This document shows, in pieces, positions 44,601-58,274 of a stretch of 64,000 bases of DNA (position 1 is its first letter; each line of letters opens with the position of its first letter). The notes under the pieces are model-generated. The model saw only the letters and a list, made by a program, of their open reading frames with translations. It was not told where the DNA came from and did not search any database. Origin of the DNA: a virus; IMG/VR virus record IMGVR_UViG_3300028048_000053, positions 98,692-162,691 of that record. One strand, 5' to 3'. The position numbers were made by a program, and so were the translations under genes.

Positions 44601-47600
44601 CAGAACCTGCGGTATTATATTCATCGACAGCCGCATTGTATTTTTCCAAACCAGCTGCCATAATCTCATTATAATTAGCTATTGCTCCGAACTAGTCTAT
44701 CTATGCGGTTAAACCATAGAAATCAAGGCCGCGTTGGTCGTATGCTACGCCATCTAGGTAAAAAGCATTTTTCTTGCCGTAATTAAGCTATGAAACGTCC
44801 TGTTCTAGATATTTTTCTGTTTCAGTCGCTAAAGCTTCTTGTGCGGCTATTTCATCATCTAGTAGGTCAATTTCTTGTTGGATATATTTTAACTTATCAG
44901 GTCCATAAGCATGACTTTTAGCTTTTTCAAGACGGTCATAGGCTTTGCTGAGATTATCCAATCGATCTTCTTCAACGTGATAGCGATCTTCCTTGGTTTC
45001 TTTATTTTCTTTTTTGGGTGTACCAGAACCCTTTCCTCCACCGCCACCCTTGCTAGAGGATGTTGTAGATGATAGCGATGGTGTAGAGCGACCTGCGTAA
45101 GTAATCTCGTTAATAGTCGGTTCTCCGGCCGCTTCCCCCACTCCAATTTGAGCAACATCGACATATCCATCAACCGTGTCATAGCCATCGACAGTTGTTG
45201 TAGTCCAAGACGTCTGTTCTGAAACTCCTTGACCTCCAGGTAGTATAACCCCGGGGACGGCAGAAGCTCCGGTTGTACGAGTAATAGTTTTATACCTGGG
45301 AACTTGATGTTTAGTTTTTACATGTTCTAGAGTAACATTTGCCTCGAGACCCAAAGAATTTAGGGTTGATTGCATCTGGTCCACTGACATGCCAGTTGCT
45401 ACAGCCATTCTATTGAGCGCATCCACCCAATTCTAGGCATCAGTCCCCAAAATATCAGTTAAAGATTGTCCCACTAAATCTTGTCCAGATATTATCGCAT
45501 CCTCCATGGTAGAAATACCATTAAGAATTGTATCCTTCCAGGTTTCAAAAGCTGAAGTATTAAACATGGAGCCATCATCCAGAGCAACATCATTAAGAAT
45601 ATCATTAGATGAAATACCTTCAAAAGTAGCTTTAGCTAGCTCAATACCCAATCTATTAACTGCTTCAGCGCTGCCGCTGGCAGCCTCCCCCATTAGGGAA
45701 ATTCTTTCAGCGCCCTTTTCTGCGTCTGTAAAGAAATTATTAGGAATTTCGACACCCTCAAGAACGCCGACCAAGTCTTTTAGCGCGGATTCCATTGCCT
45801 GTATGGTGTCAATGTAATCCATAGAGTCTTGGCTTGTTGTATCCAAAGTCTCTTTCCATTTAGTCCAATTGTCTGTTAGGGTTTTTATCCCTTTGTTCAT
45901 GGACTAATTTAAAACCGCCATTCTTGTTGCAGTATTTTGCTAATCTTCTAAAGCAGAATAAGTATTCTAAAAAGCTTCCGCCTAATCTTCAATGTCATCT
46001 ACAGATAGCTTCATCGTTTCTGCTAATTCGGCAGTACGGATAGAATATTCTAAAATGCCACGAGCGCTTTGAATACTTTCTTCACTTCCATTGCTTAAAG
46101 CAATTTGAAATTTTTCTAATTCAGTAGAACAGGTATCATATTTGGTTGCTAAATCCTATAAGGCTTGATTTAAACCAAATTCTATTCGTTCTTCTTCAAC
46201 TCCAAGGTCAATGAGACTCTAACGAGCGGTCCGCAGCTAAATTAAAGAGTCGGCTGCCAAAAGAACGCTATCAATATTTTGCTAATATGTTGCCCACTGC
46301 TCTTCCGTTATATTTCCTTCGACTCCGGCAGTTCGATATTTATCAACGTCAGCTTGAAAATTTTTTATATTGGTTAAATTGGAAGAAATACTCTCTCTAA
46401 ATAAGCTATCATGGAACTACTAGGCATCTGTAGTGAGCTTGTATGTACCATCTTCCATTAGAGTAAAATAAGACTGTAAGTTTTCTGGAATGGTCTTAAA
46501 TTTTTCTGGATCAATTGCGTCCCCAAGCTTTAAAGAACTAAACTCTTTCTTTAACGTTGCGAAATCGGACTAAATACGGTCTATTGGTACTATATCAGAG
46601 AAATCATTTTTTTCTAAGCTCTCTTTTGCCTATGTTAATATATTGGCTGCCGTTTCTGGATCTAATCCGTATGTTTTAATTAGCTAATTTAGAAAATATC
46701 CATTTTCAAACCTCTTGGTTAAACTTTCTTTTGATAAGCCTTGCTCTATCATATAATCAATACTACCTGAAAGAGCAGCGTCCAAGAGAGAGCCCTATTT
46801 TAACTATGGTAATGACTAACCCGATAAATTATTTTGAAAATCGAGGCTATTTAAAGCATATCGAAGCTAATCGTCAGAAATATCGGCTACTTCACTCTCG
46901 GTATAGCCTAGCCTGTCCATAGCCAATCGACGCAATAATTCTGTATTAGCAGAATAAGTTCCATTGACCTGCTTTAATTGTCCATTATCAATCACGTAAT
47001 TGGTTTGATAATCTCTACTCCAATTACCTGTATCTGCAGCAAGAACCTAATCACTCACAAAAGCAAGCTATAAGTTTTTTTGTCCCTAACTGCCTGCGTT
47101 ATATTGTTTGTTATTGGCTAAAAGATTAGATGCGTATCCCTAAGATAAAGCTCGTTGCTAAGCTTCTAAAGCCACTAATTCCGGATTAATATTACTTCCT
47201 ATATTATGGATGTAATCAACTAATCCTTGCTTAAAATCTTTTGTAAGTTCGTTACTATCCTCCGCATAAACCTCTTCAAGAAAAGCATTTACAAATTCTT
47301 CGGGTGATTGAGATGAACCATTTGTTAAATATTGATTTACTCGTGATGCAAAGCTATCTTCATTATCTAATGAATATATATCTTCCTTAGATACTTTTAA
47401 TGATGATGCGTAATTCTGCTTACTTGTTAAATTTACTAAATCCTAACTCTACTACGCACTAATTTGTTCGGTTTTTAGAAAAGCATTATTCTTCTAAGCC
47501 ATTAAAGAAGTGTTCTACGCCATTAAAATTTGCTATTGCTACTACTCTAAAAATTTATCATAGCCTTCTTGAGAAATGGTAAAGATACCATTATTATTTG

Positions 47601-50600
47601 AGAAATACTGAGCGAGTCCAGGATAATTTTTAATTAGCTCTAAAACCTACTCATTTACTTCTACTACCGCTTTTTTCCATTCAGTAGTATTTTTTTCTAA
47701 ATTTTCAAGAGTTTTATTTGCATCATTTAGTTTGGTCCAAGAATCTTGTAGACTTTGAACAGAATTATTTAATTCATTATAATGACTTGTTAATCCATTT
47801 AATATCTTCTCATTTTTTTCCAACTCAGAAGTGTTATCGGCGATAGCGGAAGTAATAGCAACAACAGCCCCGACAACAGCTGCAAGAATACCAATAATAA
47901 AGCCGATGGGGTGAGCCCGAACAGCTGCGGCATTTACATTCGTAGCAATTGTATTAGAATTAATACTCATAGTATCTGCATTTTTAACACCAATACCGGC
48001 CAAAGTTGAACGAATTTCCTATTCAGTTAATTTAGACCCTTTTTGTTTCTGAGCCGCTACTAAAGCTTCGGCTGCAGCTTGTCGTTTACTTGCTTCAATT
48101 TCTGGAATTTTAGCTAGAGTATTTAATAAAGTTTTATTTCTCTATAATTCAATCTGAGTGTTTAAAGTTTTTACTAAATTTAATACTGTCGGGATGGCCA
48201 TGCCCCAGCTCCCCAAAACAGAAACAAGTCCTTGAATAGAAAAAGTTCCATCCTTTATCATGTTTGTTAAGTTGCTAAATGAACCATAAAACATATTAAA
48301 TACAGAAGAAATAGAAGTTACAGCCTAAGCACTATTTACTAAAGTGGATTGCCAGTTTGCATAATTCAAATGCACTTGCTCCAATGTCTATGCAGTTTTT
48401 TCAGCCTATAATTTAATTAGTTCCTAAGACAGATTAAAATCGGCACCGGTTCGAGCGGCATTTTGCATAGCTAAAGCCAATTTTTGTATCTATTCTGCTG
48501 AATAATCAGCCCCATTTAATCCTAATTCCTATAACTACTGTGTAATTTTAGGAATGTATGTCGTTTTTACTTCATCATCTAAATCCTTTTTAAACTATCT
48601 TATAGTGCTACGAACTTTTTCAGCATTATCACCTACAGCTTCTAACTATAATTTTAACTTTTGTAAAAGCGTATTGTTGGGCTACTTATCAATTTCATCT
48701 TTTAATTGATGAATAATTTTTTTTGTAATTTCAGAATTATCACCGGCCTCTGCCAGATCCTTGATAAACTTACCCAAAAATCCAGATGTTTCTTGGTTAG
48801 CTCGCATTTCAGATAACAAATTTAAAGCATTTTTTCTTGTAGCTTCAAACAATGATTCTAAAGAAGCATTTGTTTTATTAATTTCCTCATTAATAGCGTC
48901 AATTTCAGCCTAAGCCTCTCTCATCATTTCACTTCGTCTTACCTGTGTTGCTCTACGCCATTGATCCTTGCCAAACATATCTTTTGTAAAGTCTTTTAAA
49001 TTTGGATTAAAAGCTTCGGTCTATTGATATGGATTCTGTGAAATTCCAGCAATATCATCTCTTAATGGCTAATAGTTACTATTTAGCTCTTTCTAAGCTT
49101 CATCCGCTAATCTACCTTTTTCTTCTAAAAGTTTCTAAGTATTATCTAACTATTCAATTAGTAATTGGTTAGTCTATAATTCGATTTGATTATACTCGTG
49201 GGCGTGTTCATTGAAAAGAGCTTGTAAACGTACTTTTTCGCCAAGTATTCTATTGCCAGCTTCCTCTTGCTTGGTGGCTGGCATGCCTAAAGCTTTGTTG
49301 GGCATATCAAGAAGTTCATCAATTTCAGCTCTGCGTTCTTCCCTTAGCTTCTGACGGCCTTTTTCTGTCAAAGATTTCATATTATACGTTAAATTCTACA
49401 AACCCTAAACCATTTCTTTTTGGAAAATTCTCGTTACGAGAGTGGCCACAACGGATAAAACTCCAGGTAAACCACCCAATGATTTAATCAATTCATTGAC
49501 AGTACCCAATATCCACTCTAAAGTGTTAGACATAGTAATAAAAAATTTATCATCAATTAATGATTTATAAATAGCTTCCGCAGCTGCTTGAACCCGCTTC
49601 TGGGCAGCCTCCCAACTATCTGCGTAAATATCTTGCTACTTTTGAAGCTCTCCAGAAGCATTCCGAGCGGTCTCTAAATTCTCTTGCATAAAGTCCCAGT
49701 TATTCATCAGAGAAATCAAAGTATTATACTGTCTAACACCCGCAACGGTCTGCGCGAGAGCCATTTGCTGGTCTCTAGATAGAGTCTACCATCTGCCAGA
49801 GAGTTCATCCAGGATAGTATCCATATCCTTCAAAGACCCATCAGTATTTTTAATCTCGACGCCTACGTTATGCAATGCGGCAGAATACTTATTTAAATCA
49901 GTATCATCTTCTAAGGTTTCACCCAACTTTAAGCCCTCTAAACGAGCAAAGATGGTCTTAAAAGCATTACCTACTACATCAGCGCTTTGACGAGTGGTGG
50001 CTGTAACGGTAGCTAGAGCAGCAGTCGCATACTCATAAGATAGTCCTACTGTTTCTGCCACAGCAGAGAATTTCTCTAGACCTGCAGAAATTTCATCGGT
50101 ACTAGATGCAGTGGCCGCACCAAGAGCGGTCATAACATCTGCAAAATATTCTAGATTATCTGCGCCCTTGGCGAAGTTATTCCAGACGGCGGTCAGCTAT
50201 TGAGATACTTTTTCCGCAGTTTCACCAGTAACATTAGCCATCTTAACGGTAACATCTGTTCTGGCTTTTACTTCTTCATCTGACAAACCTTGCTGATAGT
50301 AAATCAACGCAGCATCGGTATAGTCCAGCGTACTCGCACTTAGAGCTTTAGCAGCCTTATTTGCGGTGGCCGCAAATCTCTCCATCTATTCAATATTCTA
50401 TCCAGTAACAATTCTAATATTGTTTAAACTCTAATTTAAATCCTAAGCGTATCCATATGCGCTCTATACGGCTCCCATAAAACTATGAATTGCGGAACTT
50501 GAAATCTGCCATTTAATAGTATTCTTTAAAACAGTTCCCATTTCACGCAAAGTGTTACTAATTCTTCTTACCGGAATTTCAGAATTAGATACAGCAGTAG

Positions 50601-50937
50601 CTAACTTCTAAAAAGCCTGCTACCCAGAAGGTCCTAGTTTTAAAAGCTATTCACCATAGTTTGCTAATGACTATCCACTTTTCTTAATTGAATCATTTAA
50701 TCTTGTGAAGTCTAAAGTTCCAGTTTTCATATTAGTCGCTTGAGATAGGTGTGCAGAAAGCTCAGCTGCTGCCTTCGACGCTTTGGCTATCTCGTCACTA
50801 AAATTTAACTTATTAGTACCAGAACCAGTAGCTAAAGACTGTAATTGTTGCTATAAATCTTTTAATTGCTTCTTTGCTTTTTCAGTATTAGCATCGAAAG
50901 TTAATCGTACCTAATACTCATTTAATTCTTTAGCCAT
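41680..50937 (-). CDS. Tail tape-measure protein, about 3085 codons with more than 100 in-frame TAG codons
   Basis: All at least 10 ORF fragments from 50385 down to 41860 share one frame. AAAGGAG RBS plus ATG at about 50937. N-terminal TMP core ...VVGNAFKTIFARLEGLK. Central TM helices (47647-48003). Long coiled-coil content. TAA at 41680. Confidence 0.65.
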
Positions 50938-51063
50938 ACATAAACTCCTTTCTCTCCAACTTTTTTTATTTTTTGCAAAAAATAAAAATAAAGGGATAAT
51001 GAGAAATAATCTCATTATCCCCTTAGATTATTCCTATTTATTTTAAAAAAATAGGAAATTAAA

Positions 51064-51597
51064 TTAACCTAATTTGGTTACAACATCTTTTACAATATCA
51101 AGATTCTCTGCGCTAGCAAGCTTATCTCTGAGTCCATCAATATCCAGATTTAAGTTGCTATAATCGGTTGAAATAGAATCCAAAATACCAAAAGCAGAGT
51201 TAGTTTGTTCGTAGATGCGGTCGGCCATGTTTATGGTGTCATTCCAGAGTCCTTCGTAGAGGCCTTCAGGCATGGCGGCCACAACTTCCTCAATAACGCT
51301 ATTATAATCTAACAAGTCATACAATTTAGGAAGATTCTCTTTTTGCTTATCTGTAAATACGATATTAGAGAAGTAAAAAACAATCTCCAAATCAAAAAAC
51401 ATTTTGAGTTTAACAATATTCAAAAACTTGTTACTATCAGATGCCTCTTCTTGATTAATTACATCGCCAATTAATTCCAATTCATCCTCTATTGGAATAT
51501 ATTGTTTAATCTCAATCTCTTGATCGTATAGAGTAATCACTTTAGGCTCTGAATTCAGCTTTAAGTTCATCTTAGCGAAGGTAGGCTTTGCCATATA
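51064..51597 (-). CDS. Tail assembly chaperone-like protein (by position upstream of the tape-measure gene)
   Basis: AAGGAG RBS, ATG at about 51597 (MAKPTF...), TAA at 51064. No TAG. Confidence 0.4.
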   Translation of the reverse strand, partial: YMAKPTFAKMNLKLNSEPKVITLYDQEIEIKQYIPIEDELELIGDVINQEEASDSNKFLNIVKLKMFFDLEIVFYFSNIVFTDKQKENLPKLYDLLDYNSVIEEVVAAMPEGLYEGLWNDTINMADRIYEQTNSAFGILDSISTDYSNLNLDIDGLRDKLASAENLDIVKDVVTKLG

Positions 51598-51641
51598 AAA
51601 CACTCCTTTTTCTCTTTATAAGTTTATAATAACAAAAAATT

Positions 51642-53078
51642 TTACATTTGTAAAATTTTTGAATCTAATTTTATTTTAATTCCAGATAAAACACTCTAAA
51701 TATGAGATATATAAGTCTGTTGTAAAAATTCTTTAGTAAATGACAAATTTGCAGAAACTTTAGTATCGTCATATCCAGATAAAGAAAAATAATCCAACTG
51801 CTCGCATATTTTTTCTAATAAACTATTAATAGAGAATACTTTTATTGGCTTTTGAGTACTAGATCTATCATATATAACAATAGTATTAGCAAAGTTATTT
51901 TTCTAAGAAAATCCCATTAAAATATCTAGGACCGATGCTAATTTTGCAAACTAATGTAATTTAATCTCTTCCCATAATTTACCCTCAGAATCAAAATAAC
52001 CAGCAACTAATCCATATTGTAATGTTTTGTCAAAATTAACGGTTCTTAGCAAAGCGCTCCACAATGAAGTTTCTCCAAAATCATGTCCAGCTAATCCAGA
52101 CCAGCTTTTTGCAGATATTCTGAATAATTTATCTTTTAATTCTGGTAATTTAAATTCAACATCAACTTTTCCGCTTCGTTTATCAAAAGGTGAACTTTTC
52201 ACCATTGTATGGATACTACCATAAGATGTTTTTTCTGTGGCCGAAACCGAACTCTATGATCGTAAACTCGCTTTTCTATTTTTTGTAATTTCAAATAATT
52301 CAGAAGTCAACATTCCTCGATCTGCAGATTCTTTTCCTTTATTTTCTCTATGTAAGGCAAAATCTTTCATAAAATCATCTATATTTTCTGTTACACTTCG
52401 ATTTATATAAGCATTCAATATATCTAAAGAAGCCTCAAAAGCCTCTCCATATTCTTTTTCTAAATCACTATTTATTGTTGTAGCAATTGAATAGATATTA
52501 TCCATTTGGGAAATTAATTCATTGAAAGAAGAAGTATGCTGTGTTAAATAAAGACGCTAATCTAACATACCTAATAAAGTCTATTGTTTCTCGCCAATAT
52601 TAACAATCTATTCTAAGGAGCTAACAATATTTCTCATTTCCTATTCTGTTTGATTAAAAATTTCATATATTTTTGCGCTATCCACTTGCACAAGAGCATC
52701 TAGTAATTTTAATATGTAATCACATCTATTTTTAATAGTTCTTAAAGCAATCCAACTGGTATGCTCCTTCTACTAAGAACCACTTCTTTTTAAGCCAGGT
52801 TCAAAGTCCTTTATTTTGTTCTTAACTAATTTGTTAAAGTAATCATTAAAACCAGCCTAGAATTTCTCTGCTTCTATAGTCTTATTCTATAAACTAAAGA
52901 ACATATTTAGCTTATCTTCTAACACTTTACAATCCTACTCAGTAATCTAATTTTTTAAACGATTCCGTGCTTCAACCAATAACTATTCTGGATTTTCTGG
53001 ATTTGTTAAAGTTTTATAAGAGGCTCTAAAAAGTTTTCCTAGGACCGAGTTTGTCTAAGAAGTTTGTATATGTTCCAT
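51642..53078 (-). CDS. Hypothetical tail-region protein (about 478 aa, about 17 TAG codons)
   Basis: AAGGGG RBS plus ATG at about 53078. Fragments 52254-52505 and 51951-52205 in frame. TAA at about 51642. Confidence 0.4.
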
Positions 53079-53171
53079 AACCATTTCCCCTTATATTAAA
53101 AAATCACGAAGTGATTTTTAAATAAAAAAAAATAGGGAGAGGATACTATATCCTCTCCCTAAAAATCTAAA

Positions 53172-54317
53172 TCAAACCTCAATGAAAGGTTTATGATAGT
53201 TGGTATAATTTGTATTAATAGTACTATCTAGTGTGGTTTTCGTACCATCCTCGTTATAGACCACAGAGTCGTGAGGAGTTCCTAAACGATCTAGATCGGC
53301 TCCAACAGCGCCAATATCGAAAACCTGAATTGCAGCAAATACTTTCTTTGTTTTATCCCAGCGGGTATAATCTGGAAAAGCATCCATTGTAAACGTAAAG
53401 GTGCTAGGATCTCCCGAAGACGCCATCGAGAATGTAAAGTTTGATTGAATTTTGCAATTGGGAATTACAAACTCGGCAGGTAGATCGGTACCATTGGTAT
53501 CACGGAATAGAGTAGAAGCTTCTAAGTAATAGTTACCACCAAACTTATCGGGAGTAATATTAATTTGATATGCTCCAGTCTTTCTTGCTGTGTAATAATC
53601 AACAAATACGACGCATCCATTGTAGAAACCTGATAAATCATTTTTACGCAAAGATGTTGTGATGTTGTCTCCACTATAAGGATCATCAGATTCATGAACA
53701 GTGGAACTATGAGACTCAGCGGCATAAAGAACAACTTTCCATGTGTCTGTTGAAGTATGAATTAAATCAACTTCAGAAGGAATATATGGTTCTGAAATAA
53801 TCTATCCATCTTCCATTCTCATTATATATATATAATCTTCTTTTCCATCCACCGTCAAACCCGTAATGGCAGTATCAACAGCAGAGGAATTATCGACTAT
53901 TCTTTGAGCAGCAGCTCCAAAATAAGGGCAATAGCTTAGTTCAATTGTTGCATAAGAAATATCGTCTCCAGATTTAGTTATTTCAACCTTATCGGTCTGC
54001 TCAGTCGTATGCATAATAACAGGTGTCTCTTCACCTTGCACCAAACCAGCACCAGTTAAGATACTAAAACCTTCGGGTGAAATTAGCGCATCTTCCATGG
54101 TGAACGTAACAGTGCGCTCACCTTCCCAAGCGATTAATCTAGCATTACCACGTCCACCTTGGGCATAGACAGTGGTAGAAGCGCCCTCTAAACTAGAGGT
54201 CTTCAAGCTATCAAAGTATAAGACAGGCTCGTTCTTGTAAAAGACCTTATTACCAACCTTCTGGGCGGTTTTGGCCTTGAGTACTACATCGCAAATCTCG
54301 CGGATTCCGAACTTCAT
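53172..54317 (-). CDS. Putative major tail (tube) protein (about 381 aa)
   Basis: AAGGAGG RBS plus ATG 54317. Fragments 53802-54317 and 53172-53651 are joined by TAG. Assigned mainly by position and size. Confidence 0.35.
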
Positions 54318-54359
54318 ACCTAAACTCCTCCTTGTTATTTTAATGAATATTTTTCATCC

Positions 54360-55062
54360 AATTATCCGGCTTATCATCCGGTTTACCACCAGCTAGCCGA
54401 GATTTTATATCCAAATCCCAATTCAACCAAAGTGAATATCTTTCTATTAAATCAAACGTCTAAAACATTGTTAAATTTAAACAATCTTGTAAAGACATTG
54501 ACTATAGACCAACAGTAAGAGCTGAAGCATATTGAACAAAAACGCTACCTTTATCTTCACCCTTCTGCGCGGCTACTCGCTAACGCGCCCGCATAAGCTT
54601 ATCCGCAATTTCTTTCGCTTTAGCATTACCAGGATTGAAATTCTAGTTATTATCTGACCTGATGCAGAAAACTTCTTTTAACACACTCTGCAATGCTTCA
54701 AAATTATTTTCATCAATAGTAATTGTGTTCTATTCTCCTATCATTATCATACTTCTAGGAGTGAATGAAATTTTATAAGCTGGAACTATTAAAGTTAAAA
54801 CCTACAAAACTGAATCTTTTTTATCTCTAGATTCTTTCTCTGTCATCAATGTCATAAATATTTGAAAATTATTTGTATTTCCTAAAAGAGTTTCGCCCTA
54901 AGCTATCATATTTTTATTAATGGTTAAGCACTAAATACCAATAAAAAAATCGGTATCTCCTATTAAAGCAATCTCTTTTATAGTTGGTTGATGAATTGTT
55001 AGCTATAACTCCGGTATTGGAATATCAATACCGGCCATTAAAGCCAGACGAATATCCATTAT
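54360..55062 (-). CDS. Hypothetical neck/tail protein (about 235 aa). Approximate.
   Basis: ATG overlapping the upstream stop (TAATG). Several TAG codons. Confidence 0.3.
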
Positions 55063-55643
55063 CTATTATTAAATATCCTATCAAAATTCTCAACTAAATC
55101 AGCTTGCTCAACAGGATTTTGAGCTCTTTTGGTATCCTCTCCCCCATGAACAGCCCTATACATTAAACACAAACCAGCATATTCATCAGTAAGAATCATC
55201 TAATTAGCTCCTATAAATTCTAGTTCTCCAATACCGGTTAAGGATTTCCCATTTAGCATGGTGTCTATTTCTGCGGCAATTTTATAAGGCCGCAGTTGAA
55301 AATCTTTCAAATTCCACTAATCAAAATGACAAATAATATCAAACTCAACGATATTATCACGAAACTCTGGGTTACCACTTGGTACAAAGTTATCAAAACT
55401 AATAATAATATAGTTCAAAACAGAACCATCGACATACAGTTTTGGTACTATTTTAATCTATTGACCAAACATAGAAAATGTTTCATCTTCGGTTATATTT
55501 GGCCTAGATAAACAATCATTTGTAGTATACCACAACAATTTCTTTAATCGTTCATTTTTTAAAAATAAGTCTACAATAATAGACATATCTTTTTCTGTGG
55601 ATAGAAAACTAGATTTTGGAAATTTATAGCTTTCTATTTTCAT
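55060..55643 (-). CDS. Hypothetical neck/tail protein (about 190 aa)
   Basis: AAGGAG RBS plus ATG 55643. Read through 3 TAG codons. Confidence 0.35.
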
Positions 55644-55654
55644 AACAAAACTCC

Positions 55655-56727
55655 TTTATCTCAGAACAGCGATTCAACAACTATTGTTTTCGTTAAATCT
55701 TTAAATTTTAAATCGAACTAACCACTATACGAAGCCGTCCACTTTAAATCAATAGAATTATCATCGTTAATCTTGTAAACAATAGGCAATTTATTGTCAA
55801 GATTCCAAGTACCATCGGCATAAATACCATCGTAATAATAATGATATTTTCTTTTTGGGGTGATAAAAGTTTCCCCAACAATGGCGGCTTCAATCTCTGC
55901 AGGATTAATATTAACATCTTTAACTACCAAAGAGCCTACTAATCCTTTTTCTACGTCATCTTCTGTTTCATTGGCGTAGTATTCAACAGCGGTAATTTCT
56001 AGAATTCCAGGCGTGCTTATCCAGTCTGTTGCTTCAACTCTCCAACACACAGAATCATTCTGTAAATAGAATTTACTATATCTTGTAAAATATTTTTTTG
56101 TAGCATCTGTTAAAGGCATTAAAATGTGTAGAGAGTAATTTGGATTATCTACACTAATACCATGTTTCTAGATATAATCTATTTTTGTTTCAACAGGACC
56201 TCTAACCGCGGCATACGTATGGCACTTCTCGTTGTTTTCATCCAACCATTCAATTTCATAACGACATCTTCGAATGTCTGCACGAAAGTACGCTAATTCA
56301 GTTAAATCCTATAAGCAAACAAGCCAATAAGAATTTGTGTTGCACCACTCAAAAACATCACCCGCGGCAAAGTTGTGTTCAAATCCTATCGAAATAATTT
56401 TATCATCATGGTCATATTTCAGTTTGTCGGGATTGATTAGCGCTCTAACTGGAGGCTAATCACTTTCATATCCTTCCGAAACTTTTTTAACGAATGCTCC
56501 TTGGTAAGAATATAGAACTGCCTTATCTAGGCTACGCTTTTTATCCCGTATCATTCTATTCTACTACGGAAAACCACCATGATATTCTAACCTGGTGGCC
56601 ATTTCATTAACCCCAGTCTATACATTTTGAGTAAACTCCGGAGATAGAATATATCCTCCACGATTAGCCATTAACCTCAAACTTGAATTTAAAAATATAT
56701 TATTAGCAAGTCTTTCCATTGAAACAA
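55655..56727 (-). CDS. Hypothetical head-tail region protein (about 345 aa). Approximate.
   Basis: Includes fragment 55718-56119. RBS GAGG plus ATG at about 56727. Confidence 0.3.
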
Positions 56728-56748
56728 CCTCGCAATAAAGAAATACAC

Positions 56749-56937
56749 TCAAAAATAGTTTTGCGATAAACTCCAAAAGGAGTCTCTACTATAAGTAATC
56801 CTTGTAGTTTTGCAAGCAACTATAAAAATTGCGGCACTTCGGAAAATATATTCCCTAAGCCCGCAATCTCTATTATTAATGTATTTAACTATTTTTTCCA
56901 ATCTTCTTCGTTTTCTCGCATTGGAATTAATTTCCAT
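56749..56937 (-). CDS. Small basic protein (62 aa)
   Basis: ORF with ATG and TGA. Weak. Confidence 0.25.
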   Translation of the reverse strand: MEINSNARKRRRLEKIVKYINNRDCGLREYIFRSAAIFIVACKTTRITYSRDSFWSLSQNYF

Positions 56938-56984
56938 AACTAATTTACCAGTCTAATAGAATTCTTTTCTAAAGCCTATTCAGA

Positions 56985-57598
56985 AAAACATTTGTCCATT
57001 AATAATAAACTCCAGTTTTAAAAATATCCCAATTAGACCGATATAATTCTGTATTATCTGCACCTTTCTCAGGACGACGCCTTTTATAAAGTCTTTGCAG
57101 ATGTCTAGATTGTCTCTAGCACTCTCCCAACAGTGAGAGTAATTTTTGAAGATGATTGGCTTGACTGGTCATCTTAAAGTCAGCTCCGCTAAATTTCATA
57201 CGAGTATTTTCAATGGAAGTCACTTGACGCTACACCCAAGCGATCATCATTAAAATAGCTAATATATTTATCTCTTCTGGAGTTAATTCATTATTAAAGC
57301 AAGAATTATCTACAACAACGTTTTCCGAATTATCAAGTAATGCCGATAAAGCAAAATCCTCTCCGGTAACTTCTTCTTTGGGTATGACTTTAACATCTTC
57401 TACATAATCATACAAATCAATTCTTGGAAATTCAAATTCAGGTAATGCTTGCATAATTAATTCATGCAGGTCTCGCAAAGTATCTTCGGGGGTTAATTCT
57501 ACATACATATCGTCTGTTATTTTACCTAAAAAACGATTATATACCTTGGCGAATTTAGTCTATATAACAGGAGTCTCATTATCGGTATTTGTATTCAT
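56985..57598 (-). CDS. Hypothetical head-tail connector region protein (about 200 aa)
   Basis: Includes fragment 57230-57508. Read through 3 TAG codons. Approximate. Confidence 0.3.
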
Positions 57599-57619
57599 TA
57601 AATACGCCCCTTTGCTTTT

Positions 57620-58200
57620 AATTAACCCTTTTTTACAACTTTATACTTCGATCCAGAAGTTCTACGAACAGGCTCATCGACAACCGTCTAGACCTTCTCC
57701 TGTTGCGTTCGTCTCTAGACGGGCTCTTCGGATTTCTTAGATTGCTCTTCAGCAATTTCCTCTTGTCGCAGCTAAATGATTTTAGCTAAATCTGCTCCAG
57801 TTTTTTCTTTGAAGGCGTTCATCTTTCTAGTGTCTGTTAACGGCAACTCAATACTTAGTTCTTTAACTAAATCAATAACTCCTTCCGGAGCAAAGTCTAA
57901 ACAATCAAGCCATTCATCTAAAGAACCATGCAAAATCAGCTCTTTAACATCGGCTGCAGTCATATTGTATTCAGGTTCTGTGTGACCAATAAACTCTTTG
58001 GTAGCTGCTGGGTCTTCAATCAACAAGTATTCCTTTATAAGAGCATGGCCACCTGGCTAATAATTTAAGCCCTATAACTCCTCAAAGCTAATCTTTTTCT
58101 TCTCGCCAGGCTAAAAATCTCTTGCTAAAACACCAATCTCTGGGACAGAATAAAAAATTCTACTAGCGCTTCGATTGGTTACAATAAACATTTTACTCAT
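57620..58200 (-). CDS. Hypothetical head protein (about 190 aa)
   Basis: ATG at about 58200 with an AAAGGAG RBS. Includes fragment 57772-58026. Approximate. Confidence 0.3.
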
Positions 58201-58274
58201 ATAATAAACTCCTTTTTCTCCATAAAGGGGAAAAGAAAAAAAAATCAATTCCCCTTTATATATTTAAATCTAAA

